Of a stretch of 64,000 nucleotides of DNA, positions 1 through 12,127 are shown piece by piece. The DNA lies in contig OX597819.1 in assembly GCA_951406725.2 (NCBI GenBank), forward strand, positions 120,714,001 to 120,778,000, written 5' to 3'. Source of the stretch: Octopus vulgaris (taxonomy: Eukaryota). The position numbers were made by a program, and so were the translations under genes. Position 1 is the first letter of the stretch, and each line of letters starts with the position of its first letter. The notes under the pieces were generated by a model that searched no databases, was not told the origin of the DNA, and saw only the letters and a list, made by a program, of their open reading frames with translations.

Positions 1-5
1 ATATA

Positions 6-60
<55 letters not shown>

Positions 61-302
61 GAGAAAGCTATAAAGTGTCGTGCGAATATCGAGATGTGAG
101 TGTAAGCTTCTTATAGGAAAAGTAATTGTAATCTAAGAAAAGTGATTACGTTAGATCTGTACTTTCGTTGTTCATCAATTGATACCGGATATTTAGTGAG
201 TAGCGCTATACCTCCTCAAAATCATACATACGCACAAATATATGCGCATTCTGCAAATTTAAGATATATAGAAATCTCGCTTTATGAGACGCTATCATAG
301 GT

Positions 303-623
303 TAAATTCAAATTACGATGAACGTAAACAAACAAACGAAGTTTGCTATCTTAAATTTGCGGTTGCATTTGTGTCGTGGGCGGTTTAGCTTAATGGTTCA
401 GAGCACCGCGACGCGTAATCACGGCGGTGTGAGTTCGAGTCTCATAGCCGGCCGCCAACACTTTTTTTTTCCTGCAAAATAGAGGTAGCTTATCCTGTTC
501 AGGCTATAGTATTAGCATTATCCTTCGTTTGTGAATTTAAAATCACTTCTTTCTCTAAGACATCTCAACGCTTCTAAAGCAAACTTCGTTTGTTTGTTTA
601 CGTTCATCGTAATTTGAGTTTAA
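303..623. repeat. Inverted repeat of about 45 bp (303-347 / 578-622) flanking the tRNA-like sequence
   Basis: TAAATTCAAATTACGATGAACGTAAACAAACAAACGAAGTTTGCT versus its reverse complement, one mismatch. Confidence 0.9.
378..457 (+). pseudogene. tRNA-like sequence (Thr-CGT-like; pseudogene or SINE head) followed by a T9 run
   Basis: A-box TAGCTTAATGG and B-box GTTCGAGTC. Acceptor stem GGCGGTT/GGCCGCC, T-arm GTGAG/CTCAT, anticodon loop CGCGTAA. Four extra nt before the acceptor 3' strand. T-run at 462-470. Confidence 0.55.
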
Positions 624-633
624 ATATATATAT

Positions 634-815
634 AGGCGCAGGAGTGGCTGTGTGATAAGTAGCTTGCTAACCAACCACATGGTTCAGGGTTCAGTCCCAC
701 TGCGTGGCACCTTGGGCAAGTGTCTTCTACTATAGCCCCGGGCCGACCAATGCCTTGTGAGTGGATTTGGTAGACGGAAACTGAAAGAAGCCCGTCGTAT
801 ATATGTATATATATA
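634..815 (+). mobile_element. SINE family A (tRNA head plus CORE-like domain), 5' portion
   Basis: AGGCGCAGGAGTGGCTGTG...GGTTCAGTCCC head and CORE-like GCACCTTGGGCAAGTGTCTT; matches about 15 other copies in the window. Confidence 0.85.
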
Positions 816-942
816 CGACGCTCAGGTTAAGAACAAAAATAAAGATAGATTTTATGCATGCAGGTATGTTTGTTATTGGCTCACAACGTTTATCGCTCCA
901 AGATTCGAAGATCGTATATTCTTTTCTTTTTTTTTTCTCTCT

Positions 943-1145
943 TTTACTTAGTTCAGTCATTTGACTACGGCCATGCTGGGGCACTGCTTTCAGTCGAACG
1001 AATCGACCCCCCAGGACTTATTCTCTGTAAGCCTAGTACTTATTCTATCGGTCTCTTTTGCCGAACCGCTATGTAACGGGGTCATAAACACACCAACCTC
1101 AGTTGTCAAGCGACGGTGGGGGTAAAGACAGATACACAAACATAT
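943..1145 (-). mobile_element. SINE family A, 3' half
   Basis: Reverse complement of the family tail (CAGCATGGCC..CAGTCAAATGACTGAA). Confidence 0.8.
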
Positions 1146-1178
1146 ACACGCACATACATTCATACATACATACATACA

Positions 1179-1240
<62 letters not shown>

Positions 1241-1243
<3 letters not shown>

Positions 1244-1550
1244 CCCCGGGCCGACCAATGCCTTGTGAGTAGATTTGGTAGACGGAAACTGAAAGAAGCC
1301 TGTCGTATATATGTATATATATATATATGTATGTATGTGTATGTGTTTGTGTGTCTGTGTTTGTCCCCCTAACATTGCTTGACAACCGATGCTGGCTGGT
1401 ATATTTACGTCCCCGTCACTTAGCGGTTCGGCAAAAGAGACCGATAGAATAAGTACTGGGCTTACAAAGAATAAGTCCCGGGGTCGATTTAATCGACTAA
1501 AGGCGGTGCTCCAGCATGGCCGCAGTCAAATGACTGAAACAAGTAAAAGA
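1241..1550 (+). mobile_element. SINE family A, 5'-truncated
   Basis: Starts at TAGCCCCGGGCCGACC and ends GACTGAAACAAGTAAAAGA. Confidence 0.85.
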
Positions 1551-1713
1551 GAAAGAGAGAGAGATATAATTCAACAATATAAGGAATGGCCCTGATAGGA
1601 CATTCGACTCACTAGAAAGAGCAGCCAAACTCAAACCGCTAAATAGTTGTAATTCTGAAATTGAAAGAGAAATAAAAACATTTACTCGTTACACGGCGGA
1701 TTTCTTTCTAGCA

Positions 1714-1845
1714 AATCCACTCACAAGGCTTTGATCGGCCCGAGGCTACAGTAGAAGACACCTGGCCAAGTTGTCACACAGTGAGGCTGAATCATGTACC
1801 ATGTGGTTGGGAAGTAAGCTCCTTAGCACACAGCCACGCCTGCGC
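1714..1845 (-). mobile_element. SINE family A head fragment, degraded
   Basis: Similar to the head and CORE part of other copies. Confidence 0.7.
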
Positions 1846-2699
1846 TAATATAGATAAATTCTCCAAACCTATTATGTAACACTACATAATATGTACAATG
1901 CATAACGCATTCATTTTCCCGTGAGTCTCTGTTCTAAGAAACAGAGTCTTGAATAAACTATAAACAAACACAAGTCCCTCGGGAGCGGGGAGCCCTAAGG
2001 GCTGAGCTTTTGCATGAGTTCTTCAATGTTCTTTAACAGGAAAATTATTGCGTTTACTACTGCTGTTTACTACACTGAAAAACTAAGATTAGGTCCTTGC
2101 AGGTACACCAACCTCACAGATTCTATCCATTTTTAAAACACATACCGTAGTGAGCATTCAACACCTGTTTTTTTTTTTTTTCCTGTAACCTTATATACTT
2201 CTTCGATTTTACACTATTTTTTTATCCATTCTGTTGTCCCTGTCACCGTCGTTTTTGTTACATCTGCTGTTGCTGCTGTTGATGCTGCTGCTGTTGCTGT
2301 TGAGAGAAGCGGTCTTCGTCCCAGAGCCCGCATGATGGGAGAAGTCCGAAACGTGGTCTTTTGCTATTCGTAAGACCCGCAGAAGAGAAAGCAGGTCAAC
2401 CCCCGACACTGCGATCATCGACGGATGGATGAATGCGCATTCAGGCTCAGCGGTTGCGTAGGAAGTCGGGGCTGTTGCTGCTCTTGTTGTTGTTGTTGTT
2501 AAGCAACAAGACGGTTAATGGTGATTAGGTGATGGTCTAGGGATTAGGGGTGGGAGACCCCAGACCTTAGAAAAAAAAACTTTGGTCGTCTTGTTGTAGT
2601 CGAGGGCTCTTCGTTGACGCCCGACACCACTGGGAGGTGGCCCTCGTAGTCGCTGGAAATGGAGATCTCCAGGTCCAAATTCTTGAATGGCTGCTGTTG

Positions 2700-3090
2700 G
2701 TTCTTCTTCTTCTTCTTCTTCTTTTCTTTCTTCTTCTTCTTCTTTTTCTTCTTCTTCTCCATCTTCTTCTTCTTCTTCTTCTTCTTCTTCTTCTTCTTCT
2801 TCTTCTTCTTCGCTTCTTTCCTCTTCATCACCACCATCACCTTCATCGTCATCTTTTACTTTTTATCTTCCACCAACTCCTTGTCTGCCTTCTCCTCAGC
2901 CTCCTTTTCTTTCAGTCTTCCTTCCTTCCTTCCTTCCTTCCTTCCTTCCTTCCTTCCATCCTTCCTTCCTTCTTTCTTTCCATCCTTCCATCCTTCCTTC
3001 CTTCCTTCCTTCTTTTCTTCATTCTTTCCTTCCTTGCATCTACATCCTCATCATCATCACTATCATCATCTCTTCATCTTCATCTTCTTC

Positions 3091-3150
<60 letters not shown>

Positions 3151-3292
3151 TTCTTCTTCTTCTTCGTCTTCTTCTTCTTCTTCTTCTTCTTCTTCTTCTT
3201 CTTCTTCTTCTTCTTCTTCTTCTTCTTCTTCTTCGTCTTCTTCTTCTTCTTCTTCTTCTTCTTCTTCTTCTTCTTTTTCTTCTTCTTCTTCT
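2700..3292. repeat. Compound microsatellite (TTC)n/(TTCC)n/(TCA)n
   Basis: Directly visible; source of the poly-L/F/S/H ORFs. Confidence 0.95.
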
Positions 3293-3498
3293 ACCTCTTT
3301 CCCCTCTTCCTCCTGCTCCTCCTCCTATTCCACCCTCACCGCACCCGTCAGCTTCCTTCAGCATTATTTCTCTATTTGATGAATCACTTTCCAGTGCCAG
3401 GCCAGACTGTTGTCTCCATATTCGACATCAACTGATAATCAGGGGTATTGCGGTGGCAGAAAGAGAGAGAGGACGAGAGAGCGAGAGAGAAAGAGATA

Positions 3499-3541
<43 letters not shown>

Positions 3542-4069
3542 GAAGAGGAGTGGGCAGGAGGAGGGGAAGCAAGATCAAGACAAGCAGCAGGGTGAGTTGG
3601 TGAGCCATCCCCATTTTCTCTAATCTGATGACCGCCCATCAGGACATTTCAGATCTCTTTTACTCCTTCCATCAAACTGTTGATAGCTTCTTTTATCATT
3701 AACAGAAAAAACGCCTCACACTTACATAAAACAAAAATAGCAAAATGAAAATAAAAAATAAAAATAAAAAAATGGAAAGAGAGAGAGAAGATAAACAATT
3801 GATAATTACAACAAAAACCACCATGATGTGAGATAGACTGCTTCACCCTTCATTTCAGAGGTAAAAGAAATAACAACTAATATATATGATGCGCTTAATA
3901 TATATGATGAAGTAAATTACATTTCAATGAGGTTCATATATTATATATAAAGATAGACCGAGGGAGCAAGCGTTGGGGGTTGTCAAAACCACATTGTTGA
4001 CAAAAAGAGGGAACATAAAATAAAAATCATAACGACTTGTGGGTTTGCCACGGTTATCTTTTATCTTGT

Positions 4070-4418
4070 ATCTCTTGCTTGCTTCGGTCATTAGACTGCG
4101 GCCAGGCTGGGGCACCACTTTGGAAAATTTTTAGTCGAATGAATCGACTGTAGGAATTTTTGTTTTTGTTTTTGGTTTTTAAAGCTTGGTAGTTATTCTA
4201 TCGGTCTCTTTTGTCAAACCGGTAAGTTAAATTACGGGAGTGTTAACGTACCAACAACGGTTGTCAAGCCGTGATGGTCGACAAACACAGATAAGAAAAT
4301 ACTCCCCACCCCATAAATATAAATATATATATATATGTATATATATGTATATATATATATATTCATATACATGCATATATATATATATATATATATACAT
4401 ACATACACACACACACAC

Positions 4419-4506
<88 letters not shown>

Positions 4507-4664
4507 GGACCTGTTTCTTTCAGTTTCCGTCTACCAAATCCACTTACAAAGCTTTGGACAGTCCGGGACAATAGTAGAAAACACTTGGCCTATGTGCGAC
4601 GCAGTAGAATAGAACCCAGAGCTATATGGTTGGGAAGCAAGCTTCTTACCCCACAGCCACGCCT
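4070..4664 (-). mobile_element. SINE family A, full length, with expanded internal (TA)n
   Basis: Tail, body and head recognisable on the minus strand. Confidence 0.8.
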
Positions 4665-4731
4665 GGGCCCGCAAGACTAATTTAAAATGCTTTAGACTGA
4701 AGATAATATTCTATATAATATATCTATATAT

Positions 4732-4901
4732 AGGCACAGGAGTGGCTGTGTGGTAACTAGCTTGTTTACCAGCCACATGGTTCCGGGTTCAGTCCCACTG
4801 CGTGGCACCTTGGGCTAGTGTCTTCTACTATAGCCTCGGGCCGACCAAAGCCTTGTGAGTGGATTTGGTAGACAGAAACTGAAAGAAGCCCGTCGTATAT
4901 A

Positions 4902-4941
<40 letters not shown>

Positions 4942-5150
4942 CGTGTGTCTGTGTTTGTCCCCCTAGCATTGCTTGACAACCGATGCTGGTGTGTTTATGT
5001 CCCCGTTACTTAGCGGTTCGGCAAAAGAGACCGATAGAATAAGTACTGGGCTTACAAAAGAATAAGTCCCGGGGTCGAGTTGCTCGATTAAAGGCGATGC
5101 TCCAGCATGGCCGCAATCAAATGACTGAAACAAGTAAAAGAGTAAAAGAG
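4732..5150 (+). mobile_element. SINE family A, full length
   Basis: AGGCACAGGAGTGGCTG ... GACTGAAACAAGTAAAAGAG. Confidence 0.9.
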
Positions 5151-5151
5151 T

Positions 5152-5420
5152 ATATTGTTGTATTTAGGAATGGTCATTTTGCCAATTTAGCCAATAAAAC
5201 ACACGCACTATATATTTGGTGTTACTTTGCTTCAGTGTTACTTATTTTTTACATTAAACTTAATCTTATTTCGGCCAGAGTTCTTTCGTCACACTCCTGT
5301 GACCGCATCAGTGTGCCTTTGCTTTCTTCTTTCTTATTTGTGTGTCTCTCCTTATTAGCCACCAGTCATTTCTTATTCAATATTCTATATTAAATTATCA
5401 ATAATATTTTGATATCTATT
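5152..5420 (-). mobile_element. Penelope-like element 3' end with a variant hammerhead
   Basis: Minus-strand translation ILNKK*LVANKERHTNK resembles the PLE C-terminal LNKRSEL..CRH.NK motif. It is followed by CTGATGC-GGTC...GGCC-GAAA (5262-5317). A related terminus lies at about 17355-17445. Confidence 0.5.
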
Positions 5421-5934
5421 TTCAAAGGTATTTTACAACATTTTATCAAATTTACATATTTTTCGTGATATTTTATTGGAATTATATTAACTTTTGGAAT
5501 CGCGTGTCATCATAAGACCAATTCATGACACCATTAATCCCTTAGAATTCGATGTCTAATGGCTGAAAATTCAACATTCAATTGTTAAATTCGCTATTGA
5601 CACTGTCTTAAGTCGTTGACATTGCTCTTACTGTAGATTGTTGAATCAAATTTTCATAGATTTCACTGATATATTTATTGTTAAGAACCATGTTATTTAT
5701 TAGTTTTAATTTGGATTTTTTTCTAGATGCTATCAGGTAGTGATGAAATAATCACGAAACTTTTGAGTCGAAGAAAAAAAAGATTCTTATCTCTTTCTGT
5801 TTTATTGTTTAACCCCAGGTCAGATATTATCGAAAAGAAGTTATGATGAAAAATTTTACTATCGTGAACATTTTGATTCTTTTCAATCAGACTGTTTTAT
5901 TTTTAATAAATCGTCGAGATTCGAAACGATAGCT

Positions 5935-6283
5935 TGGCTGAGGTATTGTTTTCAGTCGCGTTTGTTTGTTTGCTTGTTTGTCCGTGGAGAAGATATCTCA
6001 AGAACCTTTGGATGGATTCCAATGAAACTTTGAGCGATATTTTTCCTTGTGACTGGCACGAACTGATTAGATTTTGCGTTCGATCCGGTACCGGATAAGG
6101 ATTCTGGAATATTTTTTCCGCATTTTGTTGCTTAATTTTTGAGAGCGGTCGGATTCATTTTTAGTATTCTTGTTTGTGAGAGCAGCAGAGTTTATTTCAG
6201 ATATTCTCATTTTAAAAGATCATCTTAGACTAATCGTTCAGAGGACGTTGGCGGAGGTTTGCGCTCTTTGAGTGCTTTTCTTA
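5935..6283 (+). mobile_element. Helentron-associated (HINE/DINE-like) non-autonomous element
   Basis: (GTTT)n near the 5' end, GGATTCCAATGAAACTT core, 3' subterminal TTGGCGGAGG plus hairpin GCGCTC-TT-TGAGTGC and T-run; 5' end degraded. Confidence 0.55.
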
Positions 6284-6334
6284 TTCTTAATAGGTTCCGA
6301 ACGTTCCAACGGAAATATTCTGTTATTCTTTTAT

Positions 6335-6739
6335 TCTTTTACTTGTTTCAGTCACTTGACTGCGGCCATGCTGGAGCACCGCCTTTATGTCGAGCAAATC
6401 GACCCCAGGACTTATTCTTTGTAAGCCTAGTACTTATTCTATCGGTCTCTTTTGCCGAACCGCTAAGTTACGGGGGGGGGGTAAACACACCAGCATCGGT
6501 TGTCAAGCGATGTTGCGGACGACAAACACACACACACAAACACGCACACACACATGCATATATATATATACATATATACGACAGGCTTCTTTCAGTTTCC
6601 GTCTACCAAATCCACTCACAAGGCATTGGTCGGCCCAAGGCTATAGTAGAAGACACTTGGCACCAAGGTGCCACGCAGTGGGACTGAACCCGGAACCATG
6701 TGGTTGGTTAACAAGCTACTTACCACACAGACACTCCTG
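6335..6739 (-). mobile_element. SINE family A, full length
   Basis: Close match to the other copies. Confidence 0.9.
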
Positions 6740-7202
6740 TTAATAAGTGTTATGTTTCGTCACAGCACCTCATTTACGGTCAATGCTTGTTCAAAACGCA
6801 CTCAATTAATTATCGGAAGGGACTCTGGGACAACCAGTGCTTCGACATTGTTGCGTCACATCAGCATGAAGTATCATAAAACTATCATTGCACTTGTTTA
6901 TATCACCAGTAACTGTTTGTTCGCTGATTTGTGTAACTCGAGGTTATTAACAAGACCATCCATTCTTATCAGATTCATAAGCGGGGGATGCTTCTAGCTG
7001 ACAAAACACCCAGCAATCAATCGAGTGTGTTATAAACGCATACATTCGCCGTAAAGGAATTGTTCCGTGACGAAATACAACACCGATAAGCATATTCACG
7101 CCCGAATCTGACAGAACGTATTGAGACTGAATATGCAACTCTCTGTATTACTTTTTCCTATTTCAAGATAGAATCTGAGGGGCCTAGATTCCACCTTACA
7201 TT

Positions 7203-7323
7203 CATTCATACATACATACATACATACATACATACATACATACATACATACATACATACATGCATACATGCATACATACATACATACATACATACATACT
7301 TATATACATACATACATACATAC

Positions 7324-7354
<31 letters not shown>

Positions 7355-7573
7355 CATACATTCATACATCATACATATATACATACATTCATACATACAT
7401 ACATATATACATACATTCATACATCATACATATATACATACATACATATATACATACATTCATACATACATACATACATACATACATACATTCATACATC
7501 ATACATATATACATACATACATACATACATACATTCATACATACATACATACATACATACATACATACATACA

Positions 7574-7607
<34 letters not shown>

Positions 7608-7983
7608 CATACATTCATACATCATACATATATACATACATACATATATACATACATTCATACATACATACATATATACATACATTCATACATCATACAT
7701 ATATACATACATACATATATACATACATTCATACATACATACATACATACATACATACATACATTCATACATCATACATATATACATACATTCATACATA
7801 CATACATATATACATACATTCATACATCATACATATATACATACATACATATATACATACATTCATACATACATACATACATACATTCATACATCATACA
7901 TATATACATACATACATATATACATACATACATACATACATACATACATACATTCATACATACATACATACATACATACATAC

Positions 7984-8014
<31 letters not shown>

Positions 8015-8056
8015 CATACATACATACATACATACATACATACATACATACATACA

Positions 8057-8088
<32 letters not shown>
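7203..8088. repeat. (CATA)n satellite with recurrent variant units
   Basis: Directly visible; ATTCATACATCATACATATATAC variant recurs. Confidence 0.95.
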
Positions 8089-8095
8089 CTAGAGT

Positions 8096-8304
8096 ATGAA
8101 TTAGCATGTGTAGATGTGCAACTGTATGTATGAGAATACATGCATAAAACAAAACATACAGATCAGTTCATATACATACGTACAAATATAACCTGTTGAT
8201 GTTGTTCAGATTTTAAAGAAAGAGCCTTGGATTTAGGTTAGAAACCGGTTCCTTCTCTATTAGCAAGAAATCGGGAAATGAAACCTGAATAGTGACATAC
8301 ATAC
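8096..8304 (+). mobile_element. Unclassified interspersed repeat associated with (CATA)n
   Basis: Homologous in reverse orientation to 62301-62620 (GCATGT.TAGATGTGCAACT...CCTTGGAT.TAGGTTAGAAACCGGTTC...CTGAATA.TGACATA). Confidence 0.7.
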
Positions 8305-8305
8305 A

Positions 8306-8371
8306 TGTATGTATGTATGTATGTATGTATGTATGTATGTATGTATGTATGTATGTATGTATGTATGTGTG

Positions 8372-8404
<33 letters not shown>

Positions 8405-8638
8405 GTGTATGTGTGTATGTATGTATGTATGTATGTATGTATGTGTGTATGTATGTATGTATGTATGTATGTATGTATGTGTGTATGTATGTATGTATGT
8501 ATGTATGTATGTATGTATGTTTGTATGTGTGTATATATGTATGTATGCATGTATGTATGTATGTATGTATGTATGTATGTATGTATGCATGTATGCATGT
8601 ATGTATGTATGTATGTATGTATGTATGCATGTATGCAT
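8306..8638. repeat. (TATG)n satellite
   Basis: Directly visible. Confidence 0.95.
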
Positions 8639-9549
8639 CTATCTATTATCTCTCTCTCTCTATATATATATATATATGTTTTTATTTACATGCATATATC
8701 GATGTACATATATATATATATATGTATGTATCTATCTATATAATATACATATATGTAAATGTATATACATATGTATATATATATATATATTACCTGTATG
8801 TATGTATATGCGTTTCTATCTACCTCTGTACCAACCTACTTACCTGCATACTTTCGTACGTACTACTTACCAACCTATTTATTTATCTATATACATTTTC
8901 AGTAAAGAGTATATATTCTCTGTTTGTACTTGTTACACACACACACGCGCGCGTGCACAAACACACGCATACACACACACACACATGCATGCATGCATAG
9001 CGACACTACGTACGCAGAAAATTACATCCTTACATTTTACTGGCCAGAATTCCGAAATTTAGAATACAACACACATTGAACCAAATGAAATCCATTAAGA
9101 GAGTTTAATATATTTTATAGTAATCGGATGAGAGTTGAATTCGATAGATACTAGAAGCCATCGCAATCTGAAACATCATTTGGGGAATTCAACGAGACAA
9201 TTAAATACACAATATGGCGTCCAGCTATCTGCGGTATCTCCCTGGTTTAGATATCTTGAAGATGTTGTTAACAAGACACAGCTTGATATGATGACCGACT
9301 AGGCACAACATGAAATTGGTAATTAAATAGACATAACTTATAAATGCCACGAGATAATACAGAATCTATAGATATCGAGTAGACAGGCCTTCACGGAAAC
9401 CAAGTAGATGGACTCGCTGTGTTTAATTGCTATGTGTAGTTCTTGCTTTTTCGCTCTCTTCTCCCTCTCTGTATATTCACACATACATATAATACCTCAC
9501 AGTCAGACACATACAGACATATACTATATATCAATTATCTTCTGTGTGT

Positions 9550-9915
9550 TTGAATCACTGGACTGCAGCCATGCTGGGGCACCACCCTGAAGGTCTAGCC
9601 GAGAAAATCGACCCAAGTATTTATTAAAAAAAAAAATCTGGTACTTATTTTCTTTAGTCGAATCGCTGAGTCAGAGGGTATTACAAAACCAACACTTGAT
9701 GCCAAGCGGTGGTGGTGGTTGCAGTGGTGGATTAAATAAAGACACAAGTTCACAAACATGCACGATACGGCTTCCGCATAGTTTCCACTAACCAATTTCA
9801 CTCAGAAGGCATCGGATGACCTGGTATTGCAATCGAAGTCACCAACATGCCAGGCAGTAAGACTCAATCCGAAAGCACCTGTTAGTAAAGCTAAATTCTA
9901 CACCAAACACCCATG
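9550..9915 (-). mobile_element. SINE family A, old degraded copy
   Basis: GCCATGCTGGGGCACCACC tail and remnants of body and head. Confidence 0.65.
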
Positions 9916-9936
9916 CCCAGACCTCAATTCCCGCAC

Positions 9937-9967
<31 letters not shown>

Positions 9968-9975
9968 TGCATACA

Positions 9976-10011
<36 letters not shown>

Positions 10012-10012
10012 T

Positions 10013-10105
<93 letters not shown>

Positions 10106-10301
10106 TATATTTATCAAAAGAAAAAACAGGAGGCAAAGGATTTTGCGCTACATATGTTTCTGGCTTTATTGAGCAATTTATATCAATGCATAATTGATAT
10201 AACATCTAGGTCAACAGCTTCCTTCAGCCGCGTACAATCACCACACCAAAGACATGTATTACATTATAGCAGGTTTGAGAAGAAGTTTGGGAAAAAAAGG
10301 T

Positions 10302-10337
<36 letters not shown>

Positions 10338-10394
10338 GGGGAGAGAGAGGGGGGATCAGTACAGTATAGTTTTCGTTCAACTATAGACACAACG

Positions 10395-10548
10395 CTTGAA
10401 ATTTGTTCGTCTAATAATTATTTACTGCAATCTGACAGCATAAAAGACAAAGTCGATCTTTGCGGAATTTGAACTCAGAACTTAAAACCGTAAGAAACGT
10501 CACTAAGATTTTTATCTGTTCTGCTACCAACTCCGCCAGCTCGCCGCT
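10395..10548 (-). mobile_element. SINE family B, degraded
   Basis: GGAATTTGAACTCAGAAC and GCCAGCTCGCCGC motifs. Confidence 0.65.
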
Positions 10549-11828
10549 TTTGATCCGTACAGTGTTCAAGAGCTTTCAATGAATGCTGTGATATCGGAGT
10601 TCCCAGGTGTGTTGGAGACTTACCTTTTTTCGGATACAGTGAAGTATGTCGATACGTGAAGTGGCAGTACTGTCTCAAATACGGCTGTTTTACTCTATTG
10701 TAAATCTTACTTGAGCAGTGAGGAAGGTTATTAGATGTTGGAGCTTAAGTATGTTCTCAGCATGAAGAGACGGTTCAGTGACTCTGCTGTAGTTCTTTCT
10801 ATGATAAATTCGCGCGTCTATCGTTGTTATTGTAATTATGCATTTCTGACCACCTTATATCTTTTACCTGTGTGCTGTTGAGGTTTCTTGGAGTACAACT
10901 TTGTATTCTTGGAGCGTGCAATATATTCGCTTTGTGCTCTTGATAGACACAAGTTTGGTATAGTCGAATCCCAGGATGCGATTACCTTGTTATGACGCTA
11001 AGGTTTGGTAGTTTAAGCTGCAATAGATGTCGGTAACACCTGCGAATCTGTGATCGTTTTTAGAGTTGTTAATGCAAAAGAGAGGGCTTGAGAGCAAAAC
11101 TGAGCCTGAAGTCAATAGAATTTGATATAGTGGGGTTAAGAGACGGCTTCATCAGTACACGAGCTGATGATGCGGTCAGGGCACGGAAGAAACCGTCCTA
11201 AAAACATACAATTTTCTGAAGAGGTAGGAAGTCAGATGAATTGCTCATCTCATGTGCATTGACTCTACATCGACCATATTTCTTGCAGATAAAGGTAGGT
11301 ATAGTGAGTTACATAGAATAATATAACAGGGTCTCATAAGACCGTTAACGTTAATGCAGGCAAATATTAACATGGCAAACAGATTCAAAATGTTGACTGA
11401 GGTTGATAACAGCTGTCATCATTCTGTTTAATATGTTAGAAGTGAGTACTATAGTTGGTAGTGCCTGAAAGATTATCATTTTTTTTATGAACTCTGCATG
11501 TTGTTTACAAATATTCGTGTCAGATGTATAGCTAGCAGCAAATGCGAAACCCTTCCATATCTGAATATAATTAAAATAAACACATCATATTTAAAAGTTG
11601 ATCGGGAGTAATCGATGTTTAAAAAATAAATCTCTTAGCTTCTAGGAGTTTAATAAATACTCATGGCATTCCGAAGTCAACAGAAATGGATGCAGTCAAC
11701 ATGCATTGAAAGAGTTTCGAACTCACTCTCAGAGATGGCTAATTCTATGTATGCGTCGAATATTTACGCCTACATTTTAGGTTACTGTACGATAGTAACC
11801 TAAGTAGAACTTTATGATTGTGGAGACG

Positions 11829-12040
11829 AATGCTTCTCAAATGGGGGTACATAGGGTTCACGTGGTGGGCTGAATTCATATAAAATTTGTCCTTAAAATT
11901 TATGTGCGATAAATTTTCTCATACTTTTACGATTTCTAATAATATTTAATCATTAAACTGCAATAAGATGCTTTTTTTTACATACAGCGAATGGCTATGA
12001 AATCAAAGGGGTACATAGGAAGAAAGTAGTTGAGAACCAC
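11829..12040. mobile_element. hAT/Charlie-type MITE remnant
   Basis: Termini TGCTTCTCAA ... GTTGAGAACCAC resemble CAGTGGTTCTCAAC-type TIRs. Confidence 0.45.
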
Positions 12041-12127
12041 ACGCAAAATATATGGCGCAACAACCGATGTAGGCTTTGTGGAATGAACATTGAGAATATC
12101 ATTCACATCAGTAGTCCAATATTGTTT

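Noticed and set aside
2318-2365. Hammerhead-like ATGATGG-GAGAAGTCC-GAAACGTGGTC
   Set aside because: Two core deviations and no adjacent stem I; cannot be supported without a family consensus.
2560-2700. GC-rich stretch translating as QPFKNLDLEISISSDYEGHLPVV as a possible host exon
   Set aside because: No recognisable homology, no clear splice sites, and embedded in microsatellites.
2544-3623. Long ORFs of 230-328 aa
   Set aside because: Translations of TTC/TCA/TTCC microsatellites with no domain content.
7260-9062. HTYI/MYVC-repeat ORFs here and at 61693-62702, plus many YIYI ORFs
   Set aside because: Stop-free frames of CATA/TATG/TA repeats.
10560-11100. Possible decayed LINE/PLE coding remnants (also 19990-20430, 24900-25570, 29800-30480)
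   Set aside because: Only vague peptide resemblance by eye; would need BLASTX or HMM support.
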